This document shows positions 10,288-17,653 of a DNA stretch of 64,000 bases, piece after piece; the first letter of the stretch is position 1, and the number at the start of each line of letters is the position of its first letter. Below the pieces are notes generated by a model. That model did not search any database. It was not told where the DNA came from and saw only the letters and a list, made by a program, of their open reading frames with translations. The DNA is from Pseudomonadota bacterium (GTDB lineage: Bacteria > Pseudomonadota > Alphaproteobacteria > Acetobacterales > Acetobacteraceae), in assembly GCA_021805545.1 (NCBI GenBank), contig JAJZFB010000037.1:21191-85190 (forward strand). The letters run 5' to 3'. The position numbers and the translations under genes are program-made.

Positions 10288-10485
10288 GTACGATTTTGAG
10301 ACGATAGGAAATTTGTCATAAGTTCTGCCTTTACACTTAGTGTAAATCAAAATTTTGCCATTGATGTGGCATTTTTGCCGCAGCTTTGTATTGCGTGTAG
10401 CGCATTCCACCCTTAGCCATGCGGCATGGTTGAAGAACCATTTGTGACAACAGGTTGGGGCAAAATGGCCTTTGAGAGGACGAAG

Positions 10486-11337
10486 ATGATCCGGGTTTCC
10501 GCCCGCACCATGCTTCTGGGCGCCGCTCTGGCCCTGTGTGCATTAACCGTGAGTGCCTTAACCGCCCGTGCGGCCAAGGCCGAAACCCTGCAACACCGCA
10601 GCCATGTGGCTTATACCCGCACATCGTACCACAGCTACCATACCTACCATAGCTATCACGCCTACCACAGCTATCACCATGTAGCGCAGTACACGGCCCG
10701 CCATTTCACCAGCAGCGTGCACCATGTTGCCTATCACCATGTTGCCTATCACCATGTTGCCTATCACCATGTTGCCTATGTGGAACACCGGCATGTGGCT
10801 TACCCGTATCATCGTTACATACATAACACTGCCTATTACCCGCGCGCCGCTGAGTTCCGCCGTTCCAGCTTGCAATGCGTGCCCTATGCGCGTGAAATCT
10901 CGCATATCGACATAACCGGAAATGCCTATCTCTGGTGGGCTGAGGCCGCTGGGCGCTACGCGCGCGGCAACATGCCGCAACAAGGTGCTGTGCTCAATTT
11001 CCGCGCCATTGGCCGCATGCCGCTGGGCCATGTCGCCGTGGTTACCGGCATTATCAACAGCCGCACCATTCTCGTTACCCAGGCCAACTGGGTGCCTGGC
11101 ACAATCACCAACGACGTGACGATACAGGATGTGTCGCCCAATAATAACTGGACGCTGGTGCGTGTGGAACTGGGTGATTCCAGCCGCTGGGGCGCGCCGT
11201 ACCCAACCTACGGGTTCATCTATGACCATCCCGCCATTGGCACTGTTATCGCCGCGAATGGCCAGAGCACCGAGGTGGCGGAAGCCCCGGCGCAGCCCGG
11301 CGTGAGTAACGGCGCGCCTAACCGCAACCTGCAATAA
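10486..11337 (+). CDS. secreted CHAP-domain peptidoglycan amidase/peptidase with His/Tyr-rich repeat linker
   Basis: ATG 10486 is preceded by GAGAGGA. Signal MIRVSARTMLLGAALALCALTVSALTARA. H/Y repeat region. C-terminal LQCVPYAREISHIDITGNAYLWW...GHVAVVTGI matches the CHAP Cys...His arrangement. Confidence 0.75.
   Translation: MIRVSARTMLLGAALALCALTVSALTARAAKAETLQHRSHVAYTRTSYHSYHTYHSYHAYHSYHHVAQYTARHFTSSVHHVAYHHVAYHHVAYHHVAYVEHRHVAYPYHRYIHNTAYYPRAAEFRRSSLQCVPYAREISHIDITGNAYLWWAEAAGRYARGNMPQQGAVLNFRAIGRMPLGHVAVVTGIINSRTILVTQANWVPGTITNDVTIQDVSPNNNWTLVRVELGDSSRWGAPYPTYGFIYDHPAIGTVIAANGQSTEVAEAPAQPGVSNGAPNRNLQ
10720..10779 (+). repeat. perfect 4 x 15-bp in-frame tandem repeat (CACCATGTTGCCTAT = HHVAY) inside the CHAP gene
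   Basis: Read directly: four identical units at 10720-10734, 10735-10749, 10750-10764 and 10765-10779. Preceded by a 6-12 nt periodic YH(S/T/A)YH tract at about 10626-10680. Confidence 0.95.
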
Positions 11338-11426
11338 CCCCGCCTCCTCCACCAGCCGCTTGGGCGTTTGAACGGGGTTAGGCATGGGGTTAGGCATGGG
11401 GTTTCAGTCCCTGCTATACCGCCGCA

Positions 11427-12662
11427 ATGCCTGCCTTCTGCCGTAATTGCGATACCGCCGTAACGGGCCTTGCATGCCCGGCCTGCGGCAGCGTGCGCAT
11501 CGTGCGGCACGGGCAGGTTTTTTCGCTCAGCATCGGGCATATCGATTGCGATGCGTTCTTCGCGTCCGTCGAGAAGCGCGGCCACCCGGAATGGCGGGAT
11601 TTGCCCGTTATCGTGGGCGGCGGCGCGCGCGGGGTGGTTTCCACCTGCTGTTATGTGGCGCGGCTTTACGGGGTGCGTTCGGCCATGCCCATCTTCAAGG
11701 CGCGGCAGCTTTGCCCGCAGGGCATCTTTGTGCCGCCGGATATGCGTAAATACGCCGCTGCCTCGCGCCAGATTCGCGCGATGCTGGAGGCGCTGACCCC
11801 GCTGGTGCAGATGCAGTCGATAGACGAGGCGGTGCTGGATTTGCGCGGCACGGAGAGCCTGCACAAAGCGCCCCCGGCCATCGTGCTCAACCGGCTGGCG
11901 CGGCGTGTGGAGGCGGAGCTTGGCATAACCATCTCCATCGGGCTTGGCCCCAACAGGCTGCTGGCCAAGCTGGCGGCAGAGCGGGGCAAGCCGCGCGGGT
12001 TTTACGTGTTTGGCGACGAGGCCGCCGCCGTTTTGGCACCCGAGAAAGTGGGAATTCTGCCCGGCATAGGCCCGGCGCAGGTAAGGCGGCTGGAGGCGCT
12101 GGGCATAACCACACTGGGCCAGTTGGCAGCACTGGAACCGCATGCCGCGCTGCGGCTGGGCGAGGAAGGGCCAATGCTGGTGGCAAGGGCGCGGGGCGAG
12201 GATGCGCGGGCGGTGAACCCGGGGCGGGAGAGCAAATCGATAAGCGCCGAGACCACATTTGCCACGGATTTGCGGGAGCCGGCGGCGCTGGAGGGCGAGC
12301 TATGGCGCCTGTGCGAGAGACTGGGCCGCCGCTTGCGGGCCGAAAACCAGGCCGCCGCCGGGCTGGTGCTGAAGCTGAAGACCGCGCAATTCATCACCCG
12401 CACGCGCAGCCAGCGCCTGCCCAACCCCACGCAACTGCCGGAGACGATGTTCGAGGCCGCAAGCGCCCTGCTGGCGCGCGAGGCCGATGGCACGGCGTTC
12501 CGGCTGATTGGCATTGGCGCGGCACCGCTGGCCGGCGCCGCTTTGGCCGATAAGGGCGACCTTGCCGACACGCAAACCCCGCGCCGCCGCGCGCGCCAGG
12601 AGGCTATCGACTCCTTACGCGCGCGGTTTGGGGAGTCAGCGATTCGCCGCGGCCGCGCTTAG
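11427..12662 (+). CDS. dinB: DNA polymerase IV (Y-family)
   Basis: 411 aa. HIDCDAFFASVEKR catalytic motif, SIDEAVLDL, and thumb/little-finger region. The N-terminal 35 aa carry CxxC-x8-CxxC if the ATG at 11427 is used. Confidence 0.85.
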   Translation: MPAFCRNCDTAVTGLACPACGSVRIVRHGQVFSLSIGHIDCDAFFASVEKRGHPEWRDLPVIVGGGARGVVSTCCYVARLYGVRSAMPIFKARQLCPQGIFVPPDMRKYAAASRQIRAMLEALTPLVQMQSIDEAVLDLRGTESLHKAPPAIVLNRLARRVEAELGITISIGLGPNRLLAKLAAERGKPRGFYVFGDEAAAVLAPEKVGILPGIGPAQVRRLEALGITTLGQLAALEPHAALRLGEEGPMLVARARGEDARAVNPGRESKSISAETTFATDLREPAALEGELWRLCERLGRRLRAENQAAAGLVLKLKTAQFITRTRSQRLPNPTQLPETMFEAASALLAREADGTAFRLIGIGAAPLAGAALADKGDLADTQTPRRRARQEAIDSLRARFGESAIRRGRA

Positions 12663-13832
12663 GGCGCGGGCCAAATCCTCAATCAAATCCTGCGTATCTT
12701 CCAGGCCCACCGAGAGGCGGATGACCCCATCCGTGATGCCCAGCCTGGCGCGTTCCTCCGGCCCGATGCGCATATGCGTGGTGGTGGCGGGGTGGGTGGC
12801 GAGGGATTTGGTGTCGCCCAGATTGTTGGAGATGGTGATGATCCGCATCGCGTTCATGAAGCGGAAGGCAGCTTCCTTGCCGCCTTCCAGCTCGAATGTC
12901 ACCATCGTGCCGCCGCCGCTCATCTGGCTCATGGCAAGGTTTTGCTGCGGGTGAGAGGCCAGCGTGGGGTACAGAGCGCGCTTCACGCCCGGCGCTTTTT
13001 CCAGGTAGCGGGCAATGGTTTCGGCCGCGGCACCCTGGGCGGCGAGGCGCAGATGCAGCGTCTCCAGCCCTTTCAGCGTAACCCAGGCGTTAAAGGGCGA
13101 CATTGCGGGGCCGGTATTGCGGAAGAAGGGCTGGTACACTTCATCAATCCATTGCTTGCTGCCCAGCACGGCGCCGCCCAGCACGCGGCCCTGGCCGTCC
13201 ATGTGCTTGGTGGTGGAATACACAACCACATCCGCGCCCATTTCCAGCGGCTTTTGCAGCAGCGGGGTGGCGAACACATTATCCACCACCACAATGCCGC
13301 CGGCCTTATGCGTCAGCGCCGCCACTTCGCGCATATCCACAATGTCCAGCATAGGGTTGGAAGGGGTTTCCAGCAGCACCAAAGCGGTGGGCCTGGAGAG
13401 GGCTTCGCGCCATTCATCAAGGCTGGAGCCTTCCACGAACACGGTCTCGATGCCGTATTGGGGCAGCAGGGTGGAGACGATCCAGTGGCAGGAGCCGAAC
13501 AGCGCGCGCGCCGCCACCACGCGGCTGCCCGCCTTAAGCCCGCACAGCAGGGCCGAGCTGACCGCCGCCATGCCCGTTGCTGTACAACGGCAGGCTTCGG
13601 CACCCTCGATCTTGGCCAGGCGCTGCTCCAGCATCTGCACCGTGGGGTTGGCGAAGCGCGAATATTGGAAATGCTGAACCTGGTTGGTGAACACCGCCTC
13701 GGCCTGCTCCGCATTCTCGTAGGCAAAGCCCGAGGTGAGGAACAGGGCCTCGGCGTTTTCATCCAGATTGCTGCGGATGCGCCCGGCATGGATGAGGTCT
13801 GTGGCAAGGCGGGTTTTTGGCGTGTCGGTCAT
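12636..13832 (-). CDS. metZ: O-succinylhomoserine sulfhydrylase / Cys-Met metabolism PLP enzyme
   Basis: ATG 13832-13830 (MTDTPKTRLATDLIHAG...) inside track ORF 12636..13970. YSTTKHMDGQGR PLP-lysine motif. Its 3' end overlaps the dinB 3' end by 27 nt (convergent). Confidence 0.8.
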   Translation of the reverse strand: MTDTPKTRLATDLIHAGRIRSNLDENAEALFLTSGFAYENAEQAEAVFTNQVQHFQYSRFANPTVQMLEQRLAKIEGAEACRCTATGMAAVSSALLCGLKAGSRVVAARALFGSCHWIVSTLLPQYGIETVFVEGSSLDEWREALSRPTALVLLETPSNPMLDIVDMREVAALTHKAGGIVVVDNVFATPLLQKPLEMGADVVVYSTTKHMDGQGRVLGGAVLGSKQWIDEVYQPFFRNTGPAMSPFNAWVTLKGLETLHLRLAAQGAAAETIARYLEKAPGVKRALYPTLASHPQQNLAMSQMSGGGTMVTFELEGGKEAAFRFMNAMRIITISNNLGDTKSLATHPATTTHMRIGPEERARLGITDGVIRLSVGLEDTQDLIEDLARALSAAAANR

Positions 13833-13841
13833 CTTGGCTCT

Positions 13842-13873
13842 CCATTGGTTGCCCAGCCCATTGGTTGCCCAGC
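13842..13873. repeat. perfect 2 x 16-nt tandem duplication (CCATTGGTTGCCCAGC) in the metZ leader
   Basis: Read directly. Lies between the leader terminator and the metZ Shine-Dalgarno sequence. Confidence 0.9.
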
Positions 13874-13902
13874 CAAAAAACACATGGCGGCATACCGCCA
13901 TG
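13874..13902 (-). terminator. intrinsic terminator in the metZ 5' leader (candidate riboswitch expression platform)
   Basis: On the minus strand: CATGGCGG-TATG-CCGCCATG followed by TGTTTTTTGG. Confidence 0.6.
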
Positions 13903-13904
13903 AG

Positions 13905-13973
13905 CCTCTTTAGCGCTTGTTTTGCTCCTGGCCCAAGCCAGCCTCGCCGCAATCCGGCTGGACAAATCACGAG
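13905..13973 (-). promoter_or_regulatory. candidate SAM-II (SAM-alpha) riboswitch upstream of metZ
   Basis: Minus-strand RNA is CCUCGUGAUUUG-(CCAGCC..GGCUGG hairpin)-CUUGGGCCAGGAGCAAAACAAGCGCUAAAGAGG. It contains the GAUUU, GCUUG/CAAGC pseudoknot pairing and GCUAAAG elements I recall for SAM-II, closed by CCUC/GAGG. metZ is a classic SAM-II-regulated gene. Not verified with a covariance model. Confidence 0.5.
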
Positions 13974-14038
13974 GTATATTCCGCCTACGCCCGCCCGCTT
14001 GCGCGGTCAATCCGTCCAGACTAATAGGGAGCCACTGG

Positions 14039-14112
14039 GCGGGTATGATGTAATGGTAGCCTGCTAGCTTCCCAAGCTCGATGCGCGGGTTCGATTCCCG
14101 CTACCCGCTCCA
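14039..14112 (+). tRNA. tRNA-Gly (anticodon CCC)
   Basis: GCGGGTA acceptor pairs with TACCCGC, anticodon loop CTTCCCAAG, T-arm GCGGGTTCGATTCCCGC, encoded CCA. Close to the E. coli tRNA-Gly(CCC) layout. One mismatch each in the D and anticodon stems. Confidence 0.85.
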
Positions 14113-14184
14113 GCCATACCTTAAGCCGCTGAAATTAAGCCGTTGAAATCTCATAAAACAAGGTAAATCAAAGGCTTGTTTTGC

Positions 14185-14212
14185 TTGGTGTGATACAAAG
14201 CGGTGCTATAAT
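14185..14212 (+). promoter_or_regulatory. candidate extended -10 promoter (TGcTATAAT) pointing into a non-coding tract
   Basis: TGCTATAAT at 14204-14212, with a weak TTGGTG 16 nt upstream. No ORF follows. Confidence 0.3.
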
Positions 14213-14363
14213 GCCCCCCGTCATGAGCTGACCTTCAAAGCACCCAACAACGGGAGTCTACCGAGTCCGCCAGGCCATCCCCGCACCTCTGCGCGGCGGC
14301 GGAGCGGCTTTTCGGAGTGCGTCGCGAGTTCATTGAGTCTCGTGGCGTTAAGGACGAAGCGCG

Positions 14364-14547
14364 GGACGGCCAGCAAATCAGCTTGAATCGAAGATTTAAG
14401 CTGATCGGATGAAATTGCTCTAGTGTGATGGTTCTGAAATTCGTGATATGAAATATCGCGAATTTCAGAAGCTGGATCACACTAGCTTATTGATTTTTCT
14501 AGTGTCCCGGTTCTGAAATCCAACGGATTTCAGAACCGGGACACTAG
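14364..14547. repeat. mosaic repeat locus 1: module D (inverted, 14364-14423) + A2 (14420-14485) + A1 (14499-14547)
   Basis: A1 is CTAGTGTCCCGGTTCTGAAATCC-AAC-GGATTTCAGAACCGGGACACTAG, a perfect 23-bp stem. A2 is a 66-nt hairpin, CTAGTGTGATGGTTCTGAAATTCG...CGAATTTCAGAAGCTGGATCACACTAG. Both recur elsewhere in the window. Confidence 0.9.
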
Positions 14548-14909
14548 GTGGAAAACTGCAATTCGAGCATCACGCCATGCGGGTCTTTGAGAAAAAGCTG
14601 AGTGACCCCCAGGCCGTTGAAACGGTTGAAGGGAATCTGCAGCGCGTCGAGATGGGCGATCATCGCTTCAGGGTCCGTGCAGCTCAGCGCCACATGGTCT
14701 ATGGGCCCGGTCGGGCCGGGTTCCGTATCGTATTGGCGCAGATGGATGATGGGCTGGTTATTGGCATCCAGCAGCCATTGCGATTGCTCCGGCGCCGTGG
14801 CCATGGGGCCTGTCTTGGCTGAGAGATTCAGCACCTTGGCGTAAAACGCGGCTGAGGCCAGCACATCGCGGCTGCGAATGTTCACATGATTGAGGCCTGT
14901 GACGCTCAT
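14544..14909 (-). CDS. VOC/glyoxalase-bleomycin resistance family protein
   Basis: ATG 14909-14907 gives MSVTGLNHVNIRSRDVLASAAFYAKVL...IDHVALSC...FLKDPHGVMLELQF, a typical VOC fold pattern. Its TAG stop lies in the last CTAG of repeat A1. Confidence 0.75.
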   Translation of the reverse strand: MSVTGLNHVNIRSRDVLASAAFYAKVLNLSAKTGPMATAPEQSQWLLDANNQPIIHLRQYDTEPGPTGPIDHVALSCTDPEAMIAHLDALQIPFNRFNGLGVTQLFLKDPHGVMLELQFST

Positions 14910-14949
14910 CTGGATCCTCCCCCGGCCGGCCGGTGTATCGCCCCTTGTG

Positions 14950-15795
14950 CTAAAGCCCGAATTTGGCCCGGTCAACCTGCGGCTGGCCTATATTCCCGGC
15001 TTCAAAGCTGGCGATTTGCTTGTGAATGAAATCATCCGGCGAGGCCGCCCATTCCAGCAAGGTTGCACGGACTTCAGGATGGGTGGGGATCATGATCCGC
15101 CCGGCCTCCATGCCCTCGGCAAGAATTGTGGCAACCTCCTCCTGGCTTTTCAGCCAGAGATGCCCGCCCGGGCCGCGCATGGGCACGTTCGCGGAGAAGA
15201 TTTTCATGCCATGCGGCGAGGTGGTCATGACCGGGCCAGGGCAAAAACAGCTCACCCGCACCCCCTTGGGGATGGCGTAGATGGCGAGATTCTCCGACAA
15301 GGAAATGACACCGGCCTTGGAGACGGCATACGGAATACGGCTGGCGGCGTAAGGATAAAGCCCGGCGAAGGAAGCGGTGTTGACGATATGGCCGCTGCCG
15401 CGCGCAAGCATTTTGGGCAGAAAGATTTCCAGGCTACGCACCATGCCCATCAGGTTGCAGCCAATCATGCGCTCCCACTCGCTGAAGGGGAAATCCTCTG
15501 GGTTGCCGCTATGCAGCAGCCCGGCATTATTCATGACGATGCCGATCTCGCCCAACGCCGCCTCGGCCGCGGCAGCGGCTTCGCGCAGAGAATCGCTGCT
15601 CGTGACATCGCAGCGCAGGGCAATGGCCTGCCCCCCCTCGGCCTGGATGAGCGCGGCAGCTTCCGTGGCGCCTTCAAAATCGAGATCGGCGATACCGACA
15701 CGCGCGCCGCGCCGGGCAAATTCACGCGCGATGGCGCGGCCAATATTACGCCCGGCGCCAAAAATCAGCGCGCTGTTGCCTGTGAATATGCCCAT
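14950..15795 (-). CDS. SDR family oxidoreductase
   Basis: 281 aa. GAGRNIGRAIA (TGxxxGxG-like) and NNAG motifs, and a YxxxK-type region (YAVSK). Confidence 0.85.
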   Translation of the reverse strand: MGIFTGNSALIFGAGRNIGRAIAREFARRGARVGIADLDFEGATEAAALIQAEGGQAIALRCDVTSSDSLREAAAAAEAALGEIGIVMNNAGLLHSGNPEDFPFSEWERMIGCNLMGMVRSLEIFLPKMLARGSGHIVNTASFAGLYPYAASRIPYAVSKAGVISLSENLAIYAIPKGVRVSCFCPGPVMTTSPHGMKIFSANVPMRGPGGHLWLKSQEEVATILAEGMEAGRIMIPTHPEVRATLLEWAASPDDFIHKQIASFEAGNIGQPQVDRAKFGL

Positions 15796-15970
15796 GGGGT
15801 GGCCGCTCCATCTTTTGTCTGGTTAATTTAGATACCTTAAAAGAGCATATATTAGGTATTTATACAATATAGAGTGATCTATTATAGAAAATTTCGGCCA
15901 ATCGGCACGAAAAATTTGCCAAACTTCTTGCGTCCACGCATCGTGCGCGTTGAAAACATGAAGGACGAGG

Positions 15971-16702
15971 GTGGACGTGGCGGCGGGACGATCGACAATA
16001 GATGCGGCGGCGGCACAGATGCGCGCCATCGTGCTGGCCGCGGAGCCGGACGCGCTGCTGGGGAGCGAGGATGCGCTGCTGGCGCGCCTTGGTGTGTCGC
16101 GCAGCACGGTGAGGCAAATTGCAAGGCTGCTGGAGCGCGAGGGATTGCTGCGGGTAAAACGCGGCATCAATGGCGGTTATTATGGCACGCGCCCCACCAT
16201 TGCCACGGTGCAAACAGCGGTAAGCGCCTATCTGGAAACGCTGGGCATGGAGACGGAAGATCTGGCGACCGTGGCCTCGGTATTATGGGTGGAGGTCATG
16301 CGCCGCGCCGCGCTGCGGCCACGCGAACATGCCCTGCCCGTGGTTGAAACCTTGCGGCGCAAGCTGGAGCGGCTGAAACCAGCGGCGGCATTTGCCGAAA
16401 TAACCAGGCTGGAACAAGAATGCCAGCGCGCCGTGCTGGAACTGGCGCAAAGCCCCTATATCGCACTGATCTTCCAAATCAACGTGGCCTTCGCCGCGCG
16501 CCACTTCACCTCCCCGCCCGCGCCGGACGGCGGCGGAGAACACCGGACCTTCCTGCAGGCTTGGCGCCAAGCCAAAAAAATGGAACTGAGCGCCATAGAA
16601 GATGGCGATGCCGAGCTGGCGGCGCTGGCGGCACGGCATATGCGCAATCTGTGGCACCAACAGCTATGGAATGGCGCAACGCCCACAAAATTCAACCAAT
16701 GA
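15971..16702 (+). CDS. GntR/FadR-family transcriptional regulator
   Basis: 243 aa, GTG start after AGGACGAGG. LGSEDALLARLGVSRSTVRQIARLLEREGLLRVKRGINGGYY winged HTH plus a helical FCD-like C-domain. Divergent from the SDR gene. Confidence 0.8.
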   Translation: MDVAAGRSTIDAAAAQMRAIVLAAEPDALLGSEDALLARLGVSRSTVRQIARLLEREGLLRVKRGINGGYYGTRPTIATVQTAVSAYLETLGMETEDLATVASVLWVEVMRRAALRPREHALPVVETLRRKLERLKPAAAFAEITRLEQECQRAVLELAQSPYIALIFQINVAFAARHFTSPPAPDGGGEHRTFLQAWRQAKKMELSAIEDGDAELAALAARHMRNLWHQQLWNGATPTKFNQ

Positions 16703-16704
16703 GG

Positions 16705-16823
16705 TAGAGCGCGATTCAGACTTTCGAAGCGCGCGCAAAGCGAGCGCATCTCAAGTCATTAAACAAGATTATTGATTGCTCGCCCAAGCAAATTTAGCGT
16801 TTCCGATTGATCGGAAACTCTAG
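16705..16823. repeat. mosaic repeat locus 2: module B (16705-16759) + linker + short CTAG-ended hairpin (16795-16823)
   Basis: B is TAGAGCGCGATTCAGACTTTCGAAGCGCGCGCAAAGCGAGCGCATCTCAAGTCATT. The hairpin is TAGCGTTTCCGAT-TG-ATCGGAAACTCTAG. Confidence 0.8.
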
Positions 16824-17653
16824 CCGTGACGCAAGGCGGCAACCATGCCGCCATCGGCAAGAATATCGGTGCCCGAAATGAAGGACGCGTGATCCGAGAG
16901 CAGAAAAGCGGCAATGCTGGCAATTTCCAGCATTGTGCATTCACGCTTAAGCGGCGTGGCGGCAAGCAGCCTATGTTTACTGGGCGCATTCTTGAATTCG
17001 AGCGCCCCTTGCGGTGTGGCAATGAGGCCGGGGGAAAGCGAGACGATCCGCAACCCCCGCGCGCCCCAAGCCGTTGCCTGGCGCTGGCACATACGGTTGA
17101 GCGCGGCTTTGGAGAGGGCATAGGCCGCAGCGGAAGTCGCGCCCTCGCCCAGCGCTTCATGCAGAGATGGCAAAAACCCGTCCTCAAGAGGAGATTGCAG
17201 CAATGGCCAGAGCGTTTCTTCTACCGGGCCCATATGCGCGGCAGCGGACGAGATGAATAATGCGGCGGCGCCTGGTTGCATGACGGGAAGAAACGCCCGC
17301 GCCACCGTGGCGGCGCCGATGAGGTTGACAGCCATGATGGTGTGAAAATCGGCCATTGAAGGCGAAAGCCCCACCACATTGGCCAGGGCGCGCGCTTTTT
17401 TGGCCGTGGCGGCAAGGCGGGCAACATCCTCTGGTTTGGTGACATCGCAGACCTGCCCGGTAGCGTCATAGCCAGCATCGCGAAGCGCGAGAATCTGGCT
17501 GGTGAGCCGAGGTTCATCGCGGTCGGCGATGTAGAGGCGGTAATCCTGCCCCAGCCGCCGCGCCACTGCCATTCCCAGACCGCCAGCACCGATAACCACC
17601 GCCAGCGGCAGATCAGGCCGCGCGCTGCCGCCAATCTCATGGGCCATTTTCAC
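16820..17653 (-). CDS. SDR family oxidoreductase
   Basis: 277 aa. VIGAGGLGMAVARRL Rossmann motif and YALSKAAL catalytic region. Its TAG stop is inside the terminal CTAG of the hairpin at 16795-16823. Confidence 0.85.
   Translation of the reverse strand: MKMAHEIGGSARPDLPLAVVIGAGGLGMAVARRLGQDYRLYIADRDEPRLTSQILALRDAGYDATGQVCDVTKPEDVARLAATAKKARALANVVGLSPSMADFHTIMAVNLIGAATVARAFLPVMQPGAAALFISSAAAHMGPVEETLWPLLQSPLEDGFLPSLHEALGEGATSAAAYALSKAALNRMCQRQATAWGARGLRIVSLSPGLIATPQGALEFKNAPSKHRLLAATPLKRECTMLEIASIAAFLLSDHASFISGTDILADGGMVAALRHG

Noticed and set aside
11338-11426. LexA/SOS box upstream of dinB
   Set aside because: Only GAAC-GGGGTTA-GGCA is present and the second half-site does not match. No support for SOS control from this sequence.
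14220-14400. tmRNA, SRP RNA, 6S or RNase P in the non-coding tract after tRNA-Gly
   Set aside because: I found no tag-peptide frame ending in Ala-Ala-stop, no GGAAGCAGCC-type SRP domain IV motif, and no other signature I can recall. It is left as an unassigned candidate sRNA.
14235-14480. 81-aa ORF sharing its N-terminus (MIQLLKFAIFHITNFR) with ORF 22898..23227. This looked like a duplicated small gene.
   Set aside because: The shared residues are simply the translation of repeat module A2. The two ORFs diverge completely once they leave the repeat, and neither has a ribosome-binding site or coding-like composition.
14039-14547. Integrated phage or genomic island at tRNA-Gly
   Set aside because: No integrase or excisionase is present. 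No duplicated tRNA 3' segment (att) occurs downstream, and the flanking genes are ordinary metabolic genes. It is kept only as a weak islet hypothesis.
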